Of a DNA stretch of 64,000 nt, positions 19,044-34,435 are shown piece by piece. The position numbers and the translations under genes are program-made. Source of the stretch: Nannocystis bainbridge. GTDB taxonomy: Bacteria; Myxococcota_A; Polyangia; Nannocystales; Nannocystaceae. The stretch lies in NCBI RefSeq assembly GCF_028368995.1, contig NZ_JAQNDL010000002.1, forward strand, positions 832,001 to 896,000. The letters are read 5' to 3'. The notes beneath the pieces are model-generated. The model searched no databases, was not told the origin of the DNA, and saw nothing but the letters and a program-made list of their open reading frames with translations. Every line of letters starts with the position of its first letter. Position 1 is the first letter of the stretch.

Positions 19044-20957
19044 TCAGGCCCCGGCGTCCGCGCTCCGCTGCTCGAGGTCCTCCCAGCGCGTGACGAGGGC
19101 GGCGGCGCGCTGGCGGGCCGCGTCGAGCTGGCGCACCAGCTCCGCGACCTGATCCTTGCCGGTGCCGTAGACGGCCGGATCGCCGAGCTTGGCCTCGAGC
19201 TCGCCGACCTCGCCCTCGGCCGCTTCGATCTTGCCGAGGAGCCCCTGGAGCTCGCGCTTCTCGCTCGAGCTGAGGCCGCGCTTCGCTACGGGCGCGGCGA
19301 CCTTGGCGGGCGCGGGCCGTGCGGTGGGCTGTGGTTCAGGGGCCGCTTCGATCTCGGCCAGGCGCTCGAGGTAGTCGCTGTAGTTGCCGTGGTGGCGCAC
19401 GACCTTGCCGTCGCCCTCGAAGGCGAGGATCGAGGTGGCGACGCGGTCGAGGAACCAACGATCGTGGGTGACGATGATCGCGGCGCCGGTGAACTCGAGC
19501 AGCATCTCCTCGACAGCGCCGAGGGTGGCGACGTCGAGGTCGTTGGTCGGCTCGTCGAGGAGGACGAGGTTGGAGGCGCCCGACAGCAGGACGGCGAGGG
19601 CGACGCGGGCCCGCTCGCCGCCCGACAGGGAGCCGACCTTCTGGGCGTAGGTGCTGGTGTCGAACAGGAAGCGCTCGAGGTAGCGGGCGATGTCGAGCGG
19701 GTGGCCGCCGCCGAGGTCGAGGCCGCGGCGACGCTCGGCGATGTTGTCGTAGACGGTGCGGTCGTCGTCGAGGCCGGAGCGGTTCTGGTCGAGGTAGGCG
19801 ACCGCGGTGTGCTTGCCGCGGACGACCTCGCCGGCGCTCGGGAGCAGGTCGCCGACGATCGAGCGCAGCAGGGTGGTCTTGCCGCTGCCGTTGGGGCCGA
19901 CGACGCCGATGCGCTCGCCCTGATTGAGGGCGAGGGTGAAGTCGCGGACGAGCACGCGGCTGAGCTCGAGGGTGACGCCGCGCAGCTCGAGGATCGTCTT
20001 GCCGCTGCGAGCTGCCTCGAGGGACAGCTCGACCCGACGGTCGCGCGGCGGGCCGGACTTGGCCAGCTCGGCCTCGGCGCGGTTGACCCGCGCGGTCTGC
20101 TTGGTGGTCCGCGCCTTGGGCTGACGCCGCAACCACTCGAGCTCGCGGCGGAGGAAGTTTTGCCGGTTGGCCTCGGTGCGCTGGGCGTGGGCCATGCGCT
20201 CGGCCTTGGCCTCGAGGTAGGCGCCGAAGCCCCCGTCGTAGGCGTAGACGCTGCCGCGATCGACCTCGAAGGTCCGCGTGCACACGCGGTCGAGGATGTA
20301 GCGATCGTGGGTGATGAGGAGGACAGTGCCGACATAGTTCTCGGCGAGGTGACGCTCGAGCCACTCGATGGCGGAGACGTCGAGATGGTTGGTCGGCTCG
20401 TCGAGGACCGCGAGGTCGGGCTGGCGCGCGAGCAAGGTCGCGAGGGCGACCCGTCGGCGCTCGCCGCCGCTGAGGCGATCGGTCAGGGCCGTGGGATCGC
20501 GGACCCCGAGGCGTGCGAGGTACGACTCGGCCTCGGCCGCCCGCGACCAACCTCCGCAGCGCTCGATCTCCGCGGCGGCGGCCGCCTGCTCGGTCACCAG
20601 GACGTCGACCGCGGCCGCGTCGCTGGCCTGCTCGAGGCGCGCGGTGGCGGCGTCGTAGCGGGCGCGGGCGGCAGACCACTGGCCGAGGCCGCTGAGGACG
20701 GCTTCGAGGGCGGTGAGGCCGGGTGGGAGGCGCGGCTCCTGCTCGAGGTACGCGATCGCGGCGTCGCGCCGGAGGACGACCTCACCGGCGTCCGGGGCGT
20801 CCAGGCCGGCCAGGATCCGGGCCAGCGTGGTTTTGCCCGAACCGTTGTTGCCGACCAGCCCGACGCGCTCGCCGGTCATCAGCGTGAGGTTGACGCCGGC
20901 GAGGACGCGGCGCACGCCGTAGCTCTTTTCGACCTGGCGCAGGCTTGCGATGGGCAC
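19044..20957 (-). CDS. ABC-F family ATPase (Uup-like)
   Basis: Two ABC cassettes ([27 protein letters not shown]), C-terminal coiled coil. Confidence 0.93.
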   Translation of the reverse strand: MPIASLRQVEKSYGVRRVLAGVNLTLMTGERVGLVGNNGSGKTTLARILAGLDAPDAGEVVLRRDAAIAYLEQEPRLPPGLTALEAVLSGLGQWSAARARYDAATARLEQASDAAAVDVLVTEQAAAAAEIERCGGWSRAAEAESYLARLGVRDPTALTDRLSGGERRRVALATLLARQPDLAVLDEPTNHLDVSAIEWLERHLAENYVGTVLLITHDRYILDRVCTRTFEVDRGSVYAYDGGFGAYLEAKAERMAHAQRTEANRQNFLRRELEWLRRQPKARTTKQTARVNRAEAELAKSGPPRDRRVELSLEAARSGKTILELRGVTLELSRVLVRDFTLALNQGERIGVVGPNGSGKTTLLRSIVGDLLPSAGEVVRGKHTAVAYLDQNRSGLDDDRTVYDNIAERRRGLDLGGGHPLDIARYLERFLFDTSTYAQKVGSLSGGERARVALAVLLSGASNLVLLDEPTNDLDVATLGAVEEMLLEFTGAAIIVTHDRWFLDRVATSILAFEGDGKVVRHHGNYSDYLERLAEIEAAPEPQPTARPAPAKVAAPVAKRGLSSSEKRELQGLLGKIEAAEGEVGELEAKLGDPAVYGTGKDQVAELVRQLDAARQRAAALVTRWEDLEQRSADAGA

Positions 20958-21385
20958 GGGCGGGGACTTTACCTCCGCCCGGGCCGCCGGCGCGGCAATT
21001 GTGGGGGAGAACACGCCCATCGCGTCGCGTGCCGGCCGCGAGGCGATCCGCGGGATCATGAAGGAGGGCGCGGCATGGCCGCCCGGGCCGCGAAATTCCG
21101 GGGTGCGGCGAATTCCAGGCCAGGGCCGCGTGAGGTGAAATCGCCGCGGGCAGGGCTCGCGGAGGTTGACAGGTCCCGGGCGGTCGGCGGATCCTGCTTG
21201 TGGTCATGACCTCAATCGGCACTCACGGAGCCCGTCGGGTCGCAGCCGGCCTCGCTCCGGTCGCGACGCGCGTGTGCGTCCGGCGTGTCGCTTGTGGAGT
21301 GTCGCAACGACGCGGTCCCGCTCAGGGCGCCGCGAGCCACGGCCGACGTGGCGTGCAGTGAAGAGAGAATAGGAGAGAGACAGAA

Positions 21386-21943
21386 GTGAAAATTTTCGTC
21401 GGTGGACTGGCGTGGGCGACGGGCGACGAGAGCCTGCGCGCGGCCTTTGAACCCTTCGGTAAGGTCGACGAGGCGATCGTCGTCAAGGACAAGGAGACCA
21501 TGCGCAGCCGTGGTTTCGGGTTCGTGACGTTCGCCGATGAGGCGGCCGGTCGTGCCGCGCTCGAGGCGATGAACGGCGCGGTGCTCGACGGGCGGACCAT
21601 CCGCTGCGACGCCGCGGTCGAGCGCGCCCGCAGCGATCGGCCCTCGCGTCCCTTCGTCGAGCGCGCCCCGTCGGGCGGCTTCCAGGGCGGGGGCGGTGCT
21701 CCCCGCGGTGGTGGCGGCGGCGGCGGTCGTGACTTCGGCGGCGGCGGCGGCGGTGGTCGCGGCGGCGGCGGTGGCTTCGGCGGCGGCGGCGGTGGCTTCG
21801 GCGGCGGCGGTGGTCGCGGCGGCGGCGGCGGCGGCGGCGGTGGTCGCGGCGGCGGCGGCGGCGGCGGCGGTGGTCGCGGCGGCGGCGGCGGCGGCGGCGG
21901 TCGTGGTGGTCGTCGGCGCGACGACGACTACGGCGACGACTGA
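21386..21943 (+). CDS. RRM RNA-binding protein with Gly/Arg-rich tail
   Basis: KIFVGGL (RNP2), RGFGFVTF (RNP1), (GGC)n tail, AGGAG RBS. Confidence 0.93.
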   Translation: MKIFVGGLAWATGDESLRAAFEPFGKVDEAIVVKDKETMRSRGFGFVTFADEAAGRAALEAMNGAVLDGRTIRCDAAVERARSDRPSRPFVERAPSGGFQGGGGAPRGGGGGGGRDFGGGGGGGRGGGGGFGGGGGGFGGGGGRGGGGGGGGGRGGGGGGGGGRGGGGGGGGRGGRRRDDDYGDD

Positions 21944-22099
21944 GTCCTTCGTCGAAAATTGAGCCAGTGCGCCGCCCCGGGGTCTCCCCGCGGCGGCGCG
22001 CTCGCTTTGGTCCAGCTATCGGTTGTCCGGCGGGACCATCGCGCGAGCGAAGCGGTCGCGCGTGGTCACGGACCTGTCCGTTCGGGCATGTCCGAGCGG

Positions 22100-22804
22100 C
22101 TAGGCGGGGATCTCGATGACGGCGGGGATGACGAGCTCGTGGCGGATCACGGCGCCGTCCGGCTTGAAGTAGAGCTCGTGCAGGCGCCCGCCGGCCTCGA
22201 ACTCGATCTCGTACTCCTCGCCAGCGCCGGTCAGGGTCTTCTTCTCGACCTCCTTGATGACGGCGCCCGGATGAGCCCTGTCGAAGGCGACGCGCACGGG
22301 CTCGGGCAAGGCCTTGGGATCGATGTGGCACTGGGTGTAGACGATGCCGCCGTCGGCCTTGGCGCTCAGCTCGCACTGCTGCTCGTCGGCGGTCTGGACC
22401 TCGATCTCGTGCAGGCGGCCGTGCGGGACCACGTGCTCGAGCTCGTAGCGCAGCAGCCGGGCGCCGGGGTAGGTCGCGTCGAGCTGCTTGCGCACCGGCT
22501 CGGGCACGGCCGCGACGTCCTGGTGATAGACGGACAGGTAGCGCACCGAACCATCCGCCTCGACCTCGAGCTTGATCTTGTCGACGCCGTGCGCGGAGCC
22601 GGCCGCGCGTATGAGCTCGGCGTCGAGCCGGCCGGGGCCGACCGGCGGAGCGGGCGGGGGCGGGGCAGGTTTGGCCTCGACGGGCGGCAGCGCGGCGATC
22701 GGAGCAGGAGCAGGCGCGGGCTCGGCTTCGCCCGCGGCCCCGGGTCCGCACGCGGCGAAGATCGATCCGGCCACGCCGAGCGCGCGGAGGCGGTGGTGCT
22801 GCAT
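22100..22804 (-). CDS. PepSY-like repeat lipoprotein
   Basis: Lipobox FAAC; two repeats of 'PEPVR...PGA...E.E...YEIE...DG'. Confidence 0.75.
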   Translation of the reverse strand: MQHHRLRALGVAGSIFAACGPGAAGEAEPAPAPAPIAALPPVEAKPAPPPPAPPVGPGRLDAELIRAAGSAHGVDKIKLEVEADGSVRYLSVYHQDVAAVPEPVRKQLDATYPGARLLRYELEHVVPHGRLHEIEVQTADEQQCELSAKADGGIVYTQCHIDPKALPEPVRVAFDRAHPGAVIKEVEKKTLTGAGEEYEIEFEAGGRLHELYFKPDGAVIRHELVIPAVIEIPA

Positions 22805-22827
22805 GGTGCGAATTACTCCTGGGCCGA

Positions 22828-23328
22828 GTGTACACTCATGCAGTGCGGGCGCCGTCGATCCGGCTGGCGCGGCCTGCAGATCTCGCCGCGATCGCCACGG
22901 TCCATACTGCGTCGGTGCGCCATCTGTGCGCCGGGCACTATTCGCCGCAGGCGATCGACCAGTGGCTCGCGCCGAACTCGGGGCTGTACGAGCGGATGCT
23001 GCGCTCGTCGACGGTGTTCGTGGCCGAGCGAGCAGGCGAGGTGGTGGCGTTCGCGGCGGTTCGCCTGGCGACGCGCGAGGTCCGGGCGCTGTACGTCCGC
23101 CCGGACGCGAAGGGCGGCGGCCTCGGGCTGCGGTTGATGCAGCGCCTCGAGCGAGTGGCGCGAGCGTTCGGGATGGTGGAGCTGCGGCTGTGGGCGACGC
23201 TCAACGCGGTCGGGTTCTACGAGCGACTGGGCTGGCGCCGCGACGCCCGCCAGAGCGGCAAGCGGCCGCCGCAGCGCTGCGTGGCGATGCGCAAGCGGGT
23301 CGGAGGCGCCCTGCGGGAGGACCGTTAA
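22828..23328 (+). CDS. GNAT N-acetyltransferase
   Basis: LYVRPDAKGGGLG motif A, NAVGFYERLGW. Confidence 0.88.
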   Translation: MYTHAVRAPSIRLARPADLAAIATVHTASVRHLCAGHYSPQAIDQWLAPNSGLYERMLRSSTVFVAERAGEVVAFAAVRLATREVRALYVRPDAKGGGLGLRLMQRLERVARAFGMVELRLWATLNAVGFYERLGWRRDARQSGKRPPQRCVAMRKRVGGALREDR

Positions 23329-23670
23329 TGTCCCGAAGGACAGGTTTTATCGGCAGCGGTTGGGATGTCGGAAGGGACAGGTCGGGGACACGAACGGGGG
23401 CGGGAGGTCGCGGCCTGCGGTGAGACGATGGGGATGTCCGATCGGACAGGTCGATGGGGTGAGGGCGAACTGGCCCGGGCCGATCTGTCCGAAAGAACAG
23501 ATCGGCGCGGTTGGTGAACGAGGTCGCTCGCGGCGGCGCGAGCTCGCGGCTCGGGGGTGTCGGAGGCCGGCGGGCGAAATCGCGCCCGTGGCAAAATCAC
23601 CTCCGCGGCGGCGCTTCGCTCGGTCGCACGGGTCGTCAGGGCCGCGGCGGCGGGGTACATTCGCGCGCCC

Positions 23671-24225
<555 letters not shown>

Positions 24226-24333
24226 CGTGACCTTCGGGGCAGCTGGAGCGCGAGCCGAGCTGCGCCCCGGATGGCCCTCGGGACAGGTGTTGGTTCTGGG
24301 CTGTCATGGGACAGCCCACGCGCCGCGGCCGGG

Positions 24334-25140
24334 TCAGTTGTGGGCGACGAGGCCGTACTCGACGCACTCGTCCTGGCTCGGCTTGTCGATGCGCACGTAG
24401 ACCCGGAGGTCGTCGGAGCTGCCGGAGCAGTTGAAGTCCGACACGGTGAAGGTCGCGCCGCCGCAGCACCCGGGGCGCAGGGCGCCGGACAGGGCGGTCT
24501 GGGTGCCCTCGGGGCAGGAGATTTCGGTGCCGACGGCGCCGCCGGTGTCGCACTCGATGAACTGACACACGCGCACGGTCGCGGACGAGGTGACCTTGAT
24601 GGTCGGCTCGGCGACGTGGCCGAAGGTGTCGAGGGCGTGGTAGGTGAACCAGTCGACGTCGGCGGCGCCGCTGAGCACGCCGTCGGCCATGACGGTGTTG
24701 TCGTCGTCGTCGTCGATCTCGCCGAGGTCCTGGGCGTTGGCCTCGCTGTCGTCGGGCTCGCCGATCTCGCCGTCGCAGACGAGGCCCTCGACGCAGAGGT
24801 CGTCGACGCACTCGAGGCCGTCGTCGCAGGAGCCGCCGTCGCACACGCAGTTGGCCTGACCGGGGTCGCAGATCGGGCCGGTGGTGCCGGTCGGCTCGTC
24901 GGTGGTGCTGGTGGTGGTCGTCGTCGAGGTGGTGGTCGTCTCGCCGTCGGTGGTGGTGCCGTCGCTCGTGGTCGGTGTCGGGCCGGTCGAGGTGCCGGTG
25001 GTGGTCGAGGCGTCGGTGGTCGAAGTCTCGGTGCCGACGGTGGCCGTGGTGACGCCGCTGTCGCTGGTGTCAGCCGGGTCGTCGCCGGAGCTGCAGGCGA
25101 GGAGCGTGAGCGAGGCGAGGAGCAGCGACGGGCGAGTCAT
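24334..25140 (-). CDS. Thr-rich, Cys-rich lipoprotein
   Basis: Lipobox LLAC, Thr stalk, EPDD...DVDWF motif. Confidence 0.8.
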   Translation of the reverse strand: MTRPSLLLASLTLLACSSGDDPADTSDSGVTTATVGTETSTTDASTTTGTSTGPTPTTSDGTTTDGETTTTSTTTTTSTTDEPTGTTGPICDPGQANCVCDGGSCDDGLECVDDLCVEGLVCDGEIGEPDDSEANAQDLGEIDDDDDNTVMADGVLSGAADVDWFTYHALDTFGHVAEPTIKVTSSATVRVCQFIECDTGGAVGTEISCPEGTQTALSGALRPGCCGGATFTVSDFNCSGSSDDLRVYVRIDKPSQDECVEYGLVAHN

Positions 25141-25141
25141 G

Positions 25142-25546
25142 TCAGTTCACGGCGTAGGGGATGTTGAGGGCGAACGGCGCGATCTCGGCGTCGAACTGCT
25201 GACCGTCGTCGGTGACCATCTGGTAGGTGCCGCGCATGGTGCCGTAGGCGGTCTTGAGGGGGCAGCCCGAGGTGTACTCGAACGACTCGCCGGGCGCGAG
25301 CACCGGCTGGGCGCCGACGACCCCGGCGCCGCGGACCTCCTCGGTGCGGCCGTTGGCGTCGGTGATGACCCAGTGACGACTGACGAGCTGCACCGTGTCG
25401 ATGCCCTCGTTGGAGATCTTCACGGTATAGGCGAAGAACCACTGCCGCTCGCTCTGGTTGGCGTGGGAGTGTTCGGGGAGGTACTGCGACGCGATGCGCA
25501 CGCGCACGCCGTTGGTGATCGCCTCGGAGGTCGACACGGGGGCCAT
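25142..25546 (-). CDS. apaG: ApaG protein
   Basis: FAYTVKISN, QLVSRHWVITD, GAGVVGAQP, YTSGCPL. Confidence 0.95.
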   Translation of the reverse strand: MAPVSTSEAITNGVRVRIASQYLPEHSHANQSERQWFFAYTVKISNEGIDTVQLVSRHWVITDANGRTEEVRGAGVVGAQPVLAPGESFEYTSGCPLKTAYGTMRGTYQMVTDDGQQFDAEIAPFALNIPYAVN

Positions 25547-25649
25547 CTATACGCCGCGCGCACGTCCGCCGACAAGCGGCCCGAGACCCGGCCGTGGCGG
25601 CGCGAAGGTGCCTGTCAGGCGCGATAGCGAGGTCGCGCCGCAAGAATTC

Positions 25650-26162
25650 TCATTCGCCCGGCGAGCCGGCGCAGGCCTCGGCCTCGGCCTCGCAGCCGGC
25701 GGGGCTGTCGTCCATGAGGAGGAAGCCGATGCACGCCAGGCACACCGGGTCCATCAAGTTCTCGGTGGTGCAAGCCTCGGTCTCGAAGCAGGCCTGACCG
25801 ACGCAGAGGGCCAGCTCGAAGGCCTTGCCGGCCTCTTCTGGCGAGAGGCCGTCGGCGCACGCCTGGGCGCACTCGAGGTCGAGGCCGAGAGCGCAGGGGA
25901 GCACGCAGTCGAGCAGCTCGTCGCAGGTCGGCGGCGGCTCCGGCGCGAGAGTGGTGCTGCTGGCGCCGGTGGTGGTGTCGCCGCCGGTCGTGGTGGTCGT
26001 GGTGGTCGTGAGCTCGCCGGTGGTCGGCGGCTCGCCGGTGGTGGTGGTCGTCGTGCTCGTGCTCGTGGTCGCGGGCAGGTCGGCGCCGCCGAGCAGGTCG
26101 TCGCTGTTGCAGGCGGCGCCGATGCAGGCGACCAGGGCGAGGAGCGACGCGCGACGCGACAT
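25650..26162 (-). CDS. Thr-rich, Cys-rich lipoprotein
   Basis: MSRRASLLALVACIGAAC, Thr run, CxxxC repeats. Confidence 0.75.
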   Translation of the reverse strand: MSRRASLLALVACIGAACNSDDLLGGADLPATTSTSTTTTTTGEPPTTGELTTTTTTTTGGDTTTGASSTTLAPEPPPTCDELLDCVLPCALGLDLECAQACADGLSPEEAGKAFELALCVGQACFETEACTTENLMDPVCLACIGFLLMDDSPAGCEAEAEACAGSPGE

Positions 26163-26270
26163 GCAGCCGCGACGATAGCAGGTGCAAGCCCGGGCCGGGG
26201 ACGAGGCGCCTGAGAAGCCGCACGCGCGCCGGCGCGGGGCGAGTTCGGAGGGCGGTAGTACACTGCCGCG

Positions 26271-27191
26271 ATGTCGCTGACCGAAGCGCTGAGAGACAGG
26301 ATCCAGGGGCTCATCAAGGCCGACGCGGTGGTGCTTTTCATGAAGGGCACCCGGCTCCGTCCGGCGTGCGGCTTCTCGGCCGGGGTGGTCGAGGTGCTCG
26401 ACTCGCTGGTGCCGCAGTGGACCGGCGTCGACGTGCTCGCCGATGCGGAGCTGCGCGAGGCGATCAAGGAGTTCTCGGCCTGGCCGACGATCCCGCAGCT
26501 GTACGTGCGCGGGGAGTTCGTCGGCGGCGCCGACATCGTCCGCGAGATGCACATGTCGGGCGAGCTCTCGACGCTGCTCGGGGCGTCGGAGGTGCGGCCG
26601 CCGCAGGTGCACGTCAGCCCGCGCGCGGCGGCGGTGTTCCGCGAGGTCACGGCCGAGGCGGGCCCGGGCGAGGCGATTCGCGTGCGCATCAGCCCGCGCT
26701 TCGAGCACGACCTGGCGGTCGAGGGCCGCGAGGCCGGCGACCTCGAGGTCGTCGCCGAGGGCATCACGCTGCTGTTCGATCGCATGAGCGCGGCCCGGGC
26801 CGAGGGTCTGCGCCTCGACTTCGTCGAGCGCGACGGCGAGGCCGGCTTCGCCATCGACAACCCGAACGCGCCGGCGCAGGTCCGCTCGATCGGCGCGTCC
26901 GAGCTGCAGGGCAAGCTCGCGCAGGGGGCGGTGCAGCTGTTCGACGTGCGCACGCCGCAGGAGCAGGCCATCGCGGCGATCGCCGGGGCGCGCCTGGTCG
27001 ACGAGGCGGTGCGTGCGGAGATCCTGGCGCTCGATCGCGGGACGCCGCTGGCGTTCCACTGCCACCACGGCGTGCGCTCGCAGGCGGCCGCCGAGTTCTT
27101 CGTGAGCCAGGGCTTCCGCGAGGTCTACAACCTCCGCGGCGGGATCGACGCCTGGTCGCGCGAGGTCGACTCCGCGGTGCCGCGCTACTGA
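26271..27191 (+). CDS. grxD: Monothiol glutaredoxin Grx4 fused to HesB-like and rhodanese domains
   Basis: LFMKG..CGFS, WPTIPQLY, GGAD; C-terminal CHHGVRS, NLRGGIDAW. Confidence 0.9.
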   Translation: MSLTEALRDRIQGLIKADAVVLFMKGTRLRPACGFSAGVVEVLDSLVPQWTGVDVLADAELREAIKEFSAWPTIPQLYVRGEFVGGADIVREMHMSGELSTLLGASEVRPPQVHVSPRAAAVFREVTAEAGPGEAIRVRISPRFEHDLAVEGREAGDLEVVAEGITLLFDRMSAARAEGLRLDFVERDGEAGFAIDNPNAPAQVRSIGASELQGKLAQGAVQLFDVRTPQEQAIAAIAGARLVDEAVRAEILALDRGTPLAFHCHHGVRSQAAAEFFVSQGFREVYNLRGGIDAWSREVDSAVPRY

Positions 27192-27259
27192 GCCGCAGCC
27201 CGCCAGCGTTGCGCTTGACCGCCCCGGATCGGTAAACTAGCGTCCTTCACGCCTACGCC

Positions 27260-27703
27260 ATGTCCTTCGCTTCTTCTGTCGTTCGCTCGTTGTCGCGCCC
27301 TGTCCTCGGGGCCATGTCGATCCTGCTCGCGGTCGGCCTCGGCGGCTGTGCCAGCCCGTGCGAGCGCCTGAGCCAGGGCGTGTGCGCGGGCGGCGACGCC
27401 GACTATTGCGCGGCCGTCGACGCCTGGCTGGCGACCCGCCTGGTCGACCCCGCCACCAAGGAGCCGCTGGTCGGCGAGGCGCGCGACCAGATGTGCGGGG
27501 CCATCTACGACAACGTCGAGATGTTCTACGCCTACCAGTTCAAGGCCAAGCAGAAGATCCTCGGCGTGCCCGACTTCATCCTGGCGTCGCAGAGGAAGGC
27601 CCAGCAAGAGGCCGAGGCCTACGAAGAGGCGACCAAGAAGATCAAGCAGGACGAAGAGGGCGGCGGCGGCGAGTCGCCCGGCGGCGCGAACATGTCCGAT
27701 TGA
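27260..27703 (+). CDS. Hypothetical lipoprotein
   Basis: Lipobox LGGC, codon bias. Confidence 0.7.
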   Translation: MSFASSVVRSLSRPVLGAMSILLAVGLGGCASPCERLSQGVCAGGDADYCAAVDAWLATRLVDPATKEPLVGEARDQMCGAIYDNVEMFYAYQFKAKQKILGVPDFILASQRKAQQEAEAYEEATKKIKQDEEGGGGESPGGANMSD

Positions 27704-27730
27704 GCCGGGGTCGGCCGGGCGACGTGGCGC

Positions 27731-27851
27731 GGAGCATGTCCGATGGGGCATGCTCGAAGGGGCAGGTCCGTTCGGACAGGCTCGTTCAGACAGGATCGAG
27801 AGGACAGGTCCCAGAGGACAGGTCTGAAGGACAGGTCTGAAGGACAGGTCC
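27731..27851. repeat. GGACA(G/T)GTCC-type mini-array, period about 14 bp
   Basis: About 8 degenerate units, e.g. GAAGGACAGGTCT repeated; between convergent genes. Confidence 0.8.
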
Positions 27852-27867
27852 GGGCCGCGCGAGCCGG

Positions 27868-28359
27868 TCACCCGCCTGGCGGGCGCGTCGGTACCGGCAG
27901 GCGGCGCTCGCCGAGGCGCAGGGCGACCGGGTCGCCGTCGTCGAGCCAGGGGGCGAGGTCGGCCAGGGCGGTGTTGGTGAAGCGGACGCTGAGGGGGCGG
28001 CCGCTGGACTGGGCGGGGACGCTGCAGCGCAGGCCCTGCTCGGGCTCTTCCCACAGCGTCGCGGGGTCGAGCGGGAGGTCGCGGCCGTCGTCGAGGTGGA
28101 GCTGCGGGGTGCCGTCGCCGGCGCGGGTGACCCGGAGGGCGCGCAGGAGGCAGTCCTCGACCTGGAGGTAGCACCACTGCTCGCCGACCCGCAGGCTGGG
28201 CTCGCCGCCGGGGGTGCAGTCGAGGCTGCGGAGGAACAGCGCGCGCACGCCGGGGTGCGAGACGGGGTCGTCCTCGAAGAAGAACTGACCGCGCCGATCG
28301 AGGCGCAGCGGGACCTGGCGCCTGAGCCGCTCGAGGGTGTCCGGGTCGAGGGTCGTCAT
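27868..28359 (-). CDS. DUF1285-like protein
   Basis: LRLDRRGQFFFEDDPVSHP, EQWCYLQVED, LHLDDG. Confidence 0.6.
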   Translation of the reverse strand: MTTLDPDTLERLRRQVPLRLDRRGQFFFEDDPVSHPGVRALFLRSLDCTPGGEPSLRVGEQWCYLQVEDCLLRALRVTRAGDGTPQLHLDDGRDLPLDPATLWEEPEQGLRCSVPAQSSGRPLSVRFTNTALADLAPWLDDGDPVALRLGERRLPVPTRPPGG

Positions 28360-28425
28360 CGGCCGTGAGTGTACGCGCACCGCGGCGATGTGCACGCCCG
28401 CGGAGTTCGGCGATAACCCGCGACC

Positions 28426-30477
<2,052 letters not shown>

Positions 30478-30682
30478 GCGCGCGGCGACCCCCGGGCGGC
30501 CTGAGGCCCGCAAATTCAGGCGGCGAATTTGCCTACGCCGCGCTGCGAGGATTGCACAGTGGACGCTGTGGCAAGTTGAAAGCCCGGCCACGATAGCGCC
30601 GCACATGGCCGCCGAGGCCGCTCGGCGGGCCGAGGCTGAGGACGCTGCTAGTCTTGTCGCCATGCCGATGCGGGAGGGCTCG

Positions 30683-31654
30683 ATGTCGAAGCGATGGACG
30701 TGGCTGACCGGGGTGGCGGCGAGCATGGCGATGGGCGCGGGCTGCGACGCGCCGGAGGCGGGCGAGTGCGGCTGCAGCGAAGATGTGGTGAGCGTGCGCG
30801 AGTCGCAGCTCAACGGGGCGAAGCTCAACGGGGCGAAGCTCAACGGGGCGCGGCTCAACGGGGCACGGCTCAACGGGGCGCGGCTCAACGGGCCGAACGG
30901 CACCACCGACTACATCGAGATCGAGAAGATCAGGCTCCGCAAGGAGTCGTACAACGTGCAGTCGAGCTGGCTGGTGGGCAGCAATCTGCACATCAAGACG
31001 ACGACGAACGAGGTGTTCTCCGGGACCGAGCTCGACTCGACCAGGATCAAGTTCGATCTGGCGGAGGGCGGCTGGGCCAGGAAGAAGACGCTCAAGGTCC
31101 TCGACGTCGAGCCGCTGGCGCCCGGCTCCGACGTGCTGCTCTACGACCTGGCGCTCAAGGTCGACGAGAAGGAGTGGGAGCCGCTGTGCGTCGACGAAGA
31201 GGGGGAGCCGACGCAGGCGATCCTGCTCGGGGACGTGTGGGACTCGGCGAACGGGAAGCGGCTGCCGTCGACGGGCGACGGGCTGACGTTCGCCTGCCGC
31301 GACGCGGCGCTGGCGAAGTGCGTCGAGTGGGGCTACCGGCCGTGGAAGGCCAACCTGCGCGAGTTCCATCAGGCGTGCACGCGGCTGGTCCGCGCCGACT
31401 ACTGCGGTAACGGTTCGTCGCACACGGAGGCCGGGACGCTGATCCATGTGCTCGATCAAATCGGCGTGCAGACCGTCGATCCGGACCGGCAATTCGTGGT
31501 CGAGGCCGAGTGGGGCCCGAACGGCGCGGTGTGCCTCAACACCGCCAACACGCGGCTCGCCAACCAACAGATCGGCTGCAACATCCCGGCGTGCGGCGCC
31601 CCCTTCGCGTCGGGCGGCCTTATCCAGAGCGGCAAGATCGTGGTAGGTCCTTGA
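30683..31654 (+). CDS. ADYC-domain lipoprotein with LNGA(K/R) pentapeptide repeats
   Basis: RBS GGAGGG, lipobox GAGC, (LNGAK/R)x5, AKCVEWGYRPW, ACTRLVRADYCG. Confidence 0.88.
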   Translation: MSKRWTWLTGVAASMAMGAGCDAPEAGECGCSEDVVSVRESQLNGAKLNGAKLNGARLNGARLNGARLNGPNGTTDYIEIEKIRLRKESYNVQSSWLVGSNLHIKTTTNEVFSGTELDSTRIKFDLAEGGWARKKTLKVLDVEPLAPGSDVLLYDLALKVDEKEWEPLCVDEEGEPTQAILLGDVWDSANGKRLPSTGDGLTFACRDAALAKCVEWGYRPWKANLREFHQACTRLVRADYCGNGSSHTEAGTLIHVLDQIGVQTVDPDRQFVVEAEWGPNGAVCLNTANTRLANQQIGCNIPACGAPFASGGLIQSGKIVVGP

Positions 31655-31661
31655 TGGCCGC

Positions 31662-34412
<2,751 letters not shown>

Positions 34413-34435
34413 GCCTCGGGGTATGATCGCCGGAG

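Noticed and set aside
21700-21915. (GGC)n repeat as a separate element
   Set aside because: Explained by the Gly-rich tail of the RRM protein
26271-27191. Grx4-HesB-rhodanese fusion as a novelty
   Set aside because: This architecture is, to my knowledge, already known in other bacteria
30808-30892. 15-bp tandem repeat
   Set aside because: Encodes LNGA(K/R) pentapeptides of the ADYC protein
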